The notes below the pieces were generated by a model. It saw nothing but the letters and a program-made list of their open reading frames with translations, had not been told where the DNA came from and did not search any database. Made by a program: the position numbers and the translations under genes. A DNA stretch of 64,000 nucleotides. Source: an uncultured Bacilli bacterium. Lineage in GTDB: Bacteria > Bacillota_I > Bacilli_A > RF39 > UBA660. Below, piece after piece: positions 59,203 to 64,000 of the stretch (its first letter is position 1; every line of letters begins with the position of its first letter). Location: the NCBI GenBank assembly GCA_947589735.1, contig CANQCR010000006.1, forward strand, positions 6,161-70,160, read 5' to 3'.

Positions 59203-59694
59203 TCATAATTCCTGAATAGTAACTGTACACGAATCACCCTCAATAGCTAAAGCAAGCACTCTAGGATTAGCATAAATGCTAATAATATCACCAGCTTTTA
59301 AGTCAAGGACACAGTCAAAATGTATCGGTGTTGGTGAATAATTAACATTTCCGGAGGTGCCTATAAATACCCTGTTTAAAGCACCATTAACATAAATCAA
59401 TATTTGATTGTTAATAACGCCAGCATATTGGATTTGAAGAATAGTTGCTCCTGAAATACGAGCCAAACATTTCTTCTTTATTTTGATATCCCCATTTGAT
59501 AATTCGAATGCATCGCCAACTTTTATTCGAACAACATCTAAATTAAGCTTCACTTTATCATTTGCTTGGATTAACTGTGCACGTTCAAAGTAAACATCCA
59601 ATAAGGATTTGTCTAGTATTTTATCTAATGTTTTCTTTTTATGAGCTATTGAATTGGATGATAATTTGCATCCGTCAGTTTCGTATAAATCCAT
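59203..59694 (-). CDS. small tail-tip/fibre-like protein, paralog B
   Basis: MDLYETDGCKLSSNSIAHKKKTLDKILDK N-terminus, beta-rich remainder. Confidence 0.55.
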   Translation of the reverse strand: MDLYETDGCKLSSNSIAHKKKTLDKILDKSLLDVYFERAQLIQANDKVKLNLDVVRIKVGDAFELSNGDIKIKKKCLARISGATILQIQYAGVINNQILIYVNGALNRVFIGTSGNVNYSPTPIHFDCVLDLKAGDIISIYANPRVLALAIEGDSCTVTIQEL

Positions 59695-59707
59695 TTCATT
59701 TTAATAT

Positions 59708-60109
59708 TTAAGCTGCTGGTCCCATAGCGCACCACATTACACTTGTCGAGGTTGTATTAGTTCTTGTAACATAAATATCTACACTATCAGTAGTTATGTT
59801 GGCCGTACTTACACCTTTGACAGTTGTTCCTGGAACTGCCGTGTTTGCAGACGCAACGACTCGAGGTGCCATTGCAAATGGTTTAGTAAAAATCACTGTT
59901 GCTTTTGTTGGGGTATTTGCTACAGGAGTAACAGATATATTACCCATTTCAATTGCAAAATCACCTATTCTTAAATAAGTATACCAGCCATAATTAGTTT
60001 CAACTTTCAAGTCATCAAGTACTTGCTCGACGGTTTTGTTGTTGTGGTAAGCCACATTATCTGACCCTAGAAGAGAACCATCGTTAAATCCAACGATATC
60101 TAGTGCCAT
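59708..60109 (-). CDS. small tail-tip/fibre-like protein, paralog A
   Basis: SD AAGGTGAT. GSDNVAYHNNKTVEQVLDDLK motif, then a beta-rich C-terminal domain typical of fibre head domains. Confidence 0.55.
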   Translation of the reverse strand: MALDIVGFNDGSLLGSDNVAYHNNKTVEQVLDDLKVETNYGWYTYLRIGDFAIEMGNISVTPVANTPTKATVIFTKPFAMAPRVVASANTAVPGTTVKGVSTANITTDSVDIYVTRTNTTSTSVMWCAMGPAA

Positions 60110-60324
60110 AGGATCACCTTGCTTAAATATTTATACCTCCTTCCATTAGGAGATATAAGAAAAGGAAGGTATCGCTTATTAAAAAGCTCCCTCCCTTCTG
60201 CTTTTTGTATACAAAGATATGTTCGTTCGTTCGTTCGTTCGTTCGTTCGTTCGTTCGTTCGTTCGTTCGTTAAAGCATATCTCGTCATGTTTAGCTTGTC
60301 AATAACTTTTTCAATCTTTTTCAT
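60100..60324 (-). CDS. 74-codon ORF carrying the tetranucleotide repeat (coding status uncertain)
   Basis: Good SD AAGAGGTGA overlapping the stop of the upstream tail gene. MKKIEKVIDKLNMTRYAL, then (TNER)4 from the repeat. Ends 10 nt inside the next gene. Confidence 0.4.
   Translation of the reverse strand: MKKIEKVIDKLNMTRYALTNERTNERTNERTNERTYLCIQKAEGRELFNKRYLPFLISPNGRRYKYLSKVILWH
60221..60271. repeat. perfect tetranucleotide microsatellite (GTTC)12 plus GTT
   Basis: Counted directly: 12 full GTTC units plus GTT, with no interruptions. Confidence 0.98.
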
Positions 60325-60335
60325 TATTTCACCTC

Positions 60336-62090
60336 TTAATTTTCTTCTTCTTCTTCAAAAGTACCTATCTTTTTAAACAATCCAGTTTCTGGGAATATAT
60401 TTTTACCATTATGATCTATCAATTGAACTATTCCTTTATCTTTATCTTTCAAAATATACGCTGGAACTAATTCATCATTAATGCATAGCATTCCAATAAA
60501 ATTAGCATATCCATCAGTTAAAGCCATCATATATTGTGATTTTGTTTCGCTATCTGAAAGACTATCACTCTTTAAAGCTAAATCAGTAACTACAAACTCA
60601 ACTGTAACTTCGCTATCTTCCAGCAATTCTATATCTAATGTTCCATTAAAATTAAACGAGTTTTCCGACACTGTACATTCTGCGTTCTTGTATTCGCTAT
60701 ACTCATTACTATTTAATTTATATCGATATTTTAGTGTTGGAACATTTTGCTTTAAGCCAAAATTGTTATTCCAAAAGGTTCCGTTGCAGCTTATATTTAC
60801 TTTTTTTGAAGTTGGTTCTTCCCTCTCCACAATAACAGATTTGATAGATGGACCATTATAGTTTAAATACTTATAATCGCCATCTTCTATTGTCGATAAT
60901 TTTTTGGTTTTAATATCAGTGTATGAACCTCTAGTGTCTCGTAATTGGAATCCAAAAGTAGCATTTTCTAAATCTATAGCGTCATATATTTTATTGCCTT
61001 CCTTGATAATATTTTTTGCATCATTAAGGTCAAAAATATAATCATAAACTTGAGCTTCATCACTTAATTTTAAGTTATAAAACGAAGCTTTGATTTGCGA
61101 AATGCTTTTTATAAAAATATCAGTTGTTCCTGTTAGTTCTTTTGATAATGCATCAATAGTTTCTAACTTCGAATCAAAGGTTATAGATGATTTTGTTCTA
61201 GAACAATGCCAATCATAAGTTTTAGAATCAGTACCTAAAAGTGTACCGTTTTCATCATAGGTAGATAATTTATAAGTTATTGGTATTTTACCTTGAATAT
61301 CTTTTGAAATATCATAAAACTCAATTTCTTTTGACAACAACTCTTCCAGAGTTAATGGAAAGGCCAAATTAACATATTCACTTACACTAGGCGTCGTTTT
61401 ATCAAAAACAACATTAATTCCCTTGCTAATAGAAAAATTATCAGCTATTACTCCACTCAATAATTTTCCAGATTTATCGGAAAAAGAATATTCCAATTTA
61501 TGTTTAAAAGTCGTGGTTGCACTTGTTATTTCTAAAGTCTCGTATGATGGATATGCGTTGTTTGATATAGTGACTAGCTTTCCACTATTAATCGTACTAG
61601 CTCTAGGGATTTTCGTTAAAGCTGTATTTGTTGTTTGAACAGTGCCTGATGCTGGAACATAAGATGCACTTGTATTTTTTGTCCAAACTGCCTTTGCATA
61701 ACCACTTAAAGAACCATCGACTTTATGAGTTACTGTCACCTCTTTTGTTAAAGAAGAAGATGCACCGGTACTTAAGCTTTTAACTGTCTTTGTTCCTAAA
61801 AGTCTGTCGCTATTAGTATTGTCATCGTGCCAATATATTTTTAATGTTGGGGCATACCCAGAATAACTTCCTGTTCCGGATTTTATCGTTCCTGTTACAC
61901 TCAATGTTGATGTGTTATCTAATATTGAAGTGCTTTTTTCATTAAACGAAATTGATAAGGTAAAAGTTCCTAATCCTTTTATGGTCTTGCTTGCCGAATT
62001 AGAAGCAGCCAATAAAACATAACCATCTATTTTCGATAATCTTTCAGTGTTAACAAAATCTATTTTTATATTATTATTCAAGAGAATCAC
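60336..62090 (-). CDS. phage tail structural/receptor-binding protein (DUF859-like N-terminus?)
   Basis: 584 aa, Ser/Thr/Gly-rich beta-type N-terminal region and an acidic C-terminus. Sits between the Tal-like gene and the tip genes. Confidence 0.5.
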   Translation of the reverse strand: MILLNNNIKIDFVNTERLSKIDGYVLLAASNSASKTIKGLGTFTLSISFNEKSTSILDNTSTLSVTGTIKSGTGSYSGYAPTLKIYWHDDNTNSDRLLGTKTVKSLSTGASSSLTKEVTVTHKVDGSLSGYAKAVWTKNTSASYVPASGTVQTTNTALTKIPRASTINSGKLVTISNNAYPSYETLEITSATTTFKHKLEYSFSDKSGKLLSGVIADNFSISKGINVVFDKTTPSVSEYVNLAFPLTLEELLSKEIEFYDISKDIQGKIPITYKLSTYDENGTLLGTDSKTYDWHCSRTKSSITFDSKLETIDALSKELTGTTDIFIKSISQIKASFYNLKLSDEAQVYDYIFDLNDAKNIIKEGNKIYDAIDLENATFGFQLRDTRGSYTDIKTKKLSTIEDGDYKYLNYNGPSIKSVIVEREEPTSKKVNISCNGTFWNNNFGLKQNVPTLKYRYKLNSNEYSEYKNAECTVSENSFNFNGTLDIELLEDSEVTVEFVVTDLALKSDSLSDSETKSQYMMALTDGYANFIGMLCINDELVPAYILKDKDKGIVQLIDHNGKNIFPETGLFKKIGTFEEEEEN

Positions 62091-63744
62091 TCTCCAAATC
62101 GCTTAAGTCTTCGATAAGGTGTTCAAGGTGATATAATCCAACTGCTTTTTTAGTACCTGAAAAATGTTTTGATGTAATATTTGTAGGTTTCATCTTTAAA
62201 CTTTGAATTTGAATGCTTTCGACAGCAATTAATTTATTAAACCCAGCACCATTTTTATTAAAAATAGATATTAATGTTGATAGATTATATATTCTTAAGC
62301 CAGCATTATCTAATAAAGAATTAATTTTTTCGCCAGTACGACCAATTTTAAGACCTTCTGTTTGAAAACTAAAGTTCATATCGGTTATTATTCCGTTCAT
62401 AGTATCCAAACTATTTTTTAAATTATTATCTGCATCTTTAAGCCTATCTAGCTCATCTTGCATATTTTCTAGATTGTTTAATTGGTTTTGCTGCTCTTGT
62501 ATCGTTATATCGAAGCTATTACTTGTTTGCTCTAATTTAGACAATCTAGTTTCTTGATCTCCTAAATTATCGTTAGTCTCTTCAACTGTCTGTGTAATTT
62601 CGCCTAATTGTTTATTAACATCAATTTCAACGCGCCGTATTGCCTCTCTCACCGATGGTAATTGTTTTGTTTTTATCTCTTGTTCTGTTAAAGCGGGACT
62701 TTCTATTACACTTCCAAAAGTACCATCATATGTAAATGTGTGTTTTAGTAAGTAAGTGTCCAATTCTCCTTTATCCGAAATGACTCTAATTTTATCACCA
62801 ATATTTAAGAATGGTTTACCATAACTACTAGTTAGCTTTAAATCAATATATTTAAGTCCTAATAACCTCTCATAGATTTTAGGCATTGCCATTTCTCTTA
62901 ATTCTTGGCTATGCAGGATATAATCCTCACTTATAATTAATTTATGTTCTCCATTTAAAGCAATACTTTCATCATCTTGTTCTGTAACATTCTCATCATC
63001 AACCTGACTATTCTTTATGACAATAACATTTACAGGCCCATATTGAATATCTCCACCCTCTAAAGTAACATATTCACTCATTTCAAAGGTGTAATCTGGT
63101 TCATCATTTTGGCTTAACCATCCCAAGTCAATCGTGTCATCAATTAAATCAATAACAACATATGAGCAAGCCACAGTCGCCACGGTTTGAAGTACAATAC
63201 GATTAGTTTCGTTATTAGTAAAAGGATTATCAGTTATAGGAATATCTCCGTTTAAAATATCTGTTGTTTTTGGATTAAGCTCTAATTGTTTGCAAACATC
63301 AACATATAAATCTTTCAAGGTTTTATCGCCTGTTGAATAATCAATTTGGCATTCATATTTATCATCGATATGTATACCAAGTTTGTCATACCCTACAATT
63401 TGGCCCATATCGGCCGTGATTTCGCTTTTTGGACGTTCGACGATATAATTACCCATATTGATATATTCAACCGTATCATCGTCGAAAAGTACGCCAATTT
63501 GAGCGTTTATTTGCTTATCAGTCAAATTAATATAGCTATTTATATCCAATAATGATGCGTCTAAAGATTTTACATAAACAGACCCAACAATATTGCCGTT
63601 GTTATAGCAACCACTTGTAATAGAAAAAGATTGTAATCTATCACTATTTGTTAGTGGCTCGTCATATCCATCTATTGTTAATTTTCCTAATCGATTTGAA
63701 TTGCTATCGTTTTTGCACTCTTGAATTAATTTTTCTGTTGCCAT
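62074..63744 (-). CDS. phage tail protein (Tal / tail-associated, prophage-tail family)
   Basis: 556 aa with a coiled-coil segment (LSKLEQTSNSFDITIQEQQNQLNNLENMQDELDRLKD). Position after the Dit-like gene. Confidence 0.55.
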   Translation of the reverse strand: MATEKLIQECKNDSNSNRLGKLTIDGYDEPLTNSDRLQSFSITSGCYNNGNIVGSVYVKSLDASLLDINSYINLTDKQINAQIGVLFDDDTVEYINMGNYIVERPKSEITADMGQIVGYDKLGIHIDDKYECQIDYSTGDKTLKDLYVDVCKQLELNPKTTDILNGDIPITDNPFTNNETNRIVLQTVATVACSYVVIDLIDDTIDLGWLSQNDEPDYTFEMSEYVTLEGGDIQYGPVNVIVIKNSQVDDENVTEQDDESIALNGEHKLIISEDYILHSQELREMAMPKIYERLLGLKYIDLKLTSSYGKPFLNIGDKIRVISDKGELDTYLLKHTFTYDGTFGSVIESPALTEQEIKTKQLPSVREAIRRVEIDVNKQLGEITQTVEETNDNLGDQETRLSKLEQTSNSFDITIQEQQNQLNNLENMQDELDRLKDADNNLKNSLDTMNGIITDMNFSFQTEGLKIGRTGEKINSLLDNAGLRIYNLSTLISIFNKNGAGFNKLIAVESIQIQSLKMKPTNITSKHFSGTKKAVGLYHLEHLIEDLSDLESDSLE

Positions 63745-63745
63745 G

Positions 63746-64000
63746 TTATAACTCTACCAACGCTTGAGACACGCCATTATAAATCTGAATAAGTTTACCA
63801 TTTACTAAATAAGGTAATAAAGTTTGAGCGCCCCTATCACCACGATAGCATTTTATTGTCTTCCACTTTCCAGTAAACGGATTATAAAACTCTACTGTAC
63901 ATTTTGGCGACTTGCCTATTTCTTTATAGAAATCGATTAGTTCATCTTGTGTAAGTGGTCTCGTAGCTAAATCTAGTCGGTATTTTTGGTTAATAATATT
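63746..64000 (-). CDS. partial CDS (C-terminal 84 codons): phage distal tail (Dit)-like protein
   Basis: Open frame from the window edge to TAA at 63746. ...CTVEFYNPFTGKWKTIKCYRGDRGAQTLLPYLVNGKLIQIYNGVSQALVEL. Stops 1 nt before the next ATG. Confidence 0.45.
   Translation of the reverse strand, partial: NIINQKYRLDLATRPLTQDELIDFYKEIGKSPKCTVEFYNPFTGKWKTIKCYRGDRGAQTLLPYLVNGKLIQIYNGVSQALVEL

Larger units (their letters stand above)
56125..64000. mobile_element. right-hand (lysis and tail) end of a siphovirus-like prophage or prophage remnant adjacent to tRNA-Arg; continues past the window edge
   Basis: Contiguous minus-strand tail genes, holin and GH25 endolysin ending near the tRNA. No integrase is present in the window, so the exact boundary is undefined. 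Confidence 0.7.

Noticed and set aside
60221-60271. Considered whether the GTTC tract could be a CRISPR-like or assembly-derived repeat.
   Set aside because: The unit is 4 nt with no spacers, so it is not CRISPR. The tract is flanked by unique sequence on both sides. Artefactual length cannot be excluded without reads, but the tract itself is real sequence context.
1-64000. Considered an alternative genetic code (TGA=Trp, as in Mollicutes relatives) because of the low GC content.
   Set aside because: All large conserved genes are intact under code 11. Trp is encoded by TGG. TGA terminates well-supported ORFs, for example at 36933 and 58337.

Overview
Low-GC (about 30%) Bacillota chromosome segment using the standard code 11: TGG encodes Trp, and TGA is used as a stop at 36933 and 58337. 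Gene order and sporulation-type genes (SpoIIIAH-like, GerE-like, GerM-like) suggest an Erysipelotrichia- or Clostridia-like organism, but the taxon cannot be proven from the sequence alone. Almost all genes are on the minus strand.

Core blocks:
- rpoC-rpoB-methyltransferase-rplL-rplJ-rplA-rplK-nusG-secE, then sigH-like-rlmB-mrnC-rbgA (5.3-20 kb).
- lepB-rplS-NrtR-like-yqeY-rpsU (34-36.5 kb).
- U32 peptidase, ampS, mgtE, rny, recA, mreD-mreC, radC, ftsK, sporulation-type genes and tRNA-Arg(TCT) (39.5-56.1 kb).

Accessory content:
1. A decaying island at 20-26 kb. It holds two divergent RhuM-family genes with near-identical flanks, a Bro-N gene split by a perfect 17-bp tandem duplication, a membrane-protein gene cut off from its SD and ATG by an A6 tract, and a YunG-like reading frame broken by two in-frame TAA codons.
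2. An envelope-glycan cluster (acyltransferase, GT39-like, UbiA-like) and an ABC-type ATPase plus coiled-coil protein pair (27.7-34 kb).
3. A bacteriocin-like operon (C39-ABC exporter, short accessory protein, and two double-glycine leader peptides too short for the ORF track) at 36.6-39.6 kb.
4. The lysis and tail end of a siphovirus-like prophage next to tRNA-Arg (56.1-64 kb). It contains a perfect (GTTC)12 tetranucleotide tract inside a small ORF directly upstream of three tandem tail-tip paralogs.

I saw no rRNA, CRISPR array, integrase or transposase in the window. All family assignments rest on motifs recognised by eye and on recalled synteny. No database search was run.
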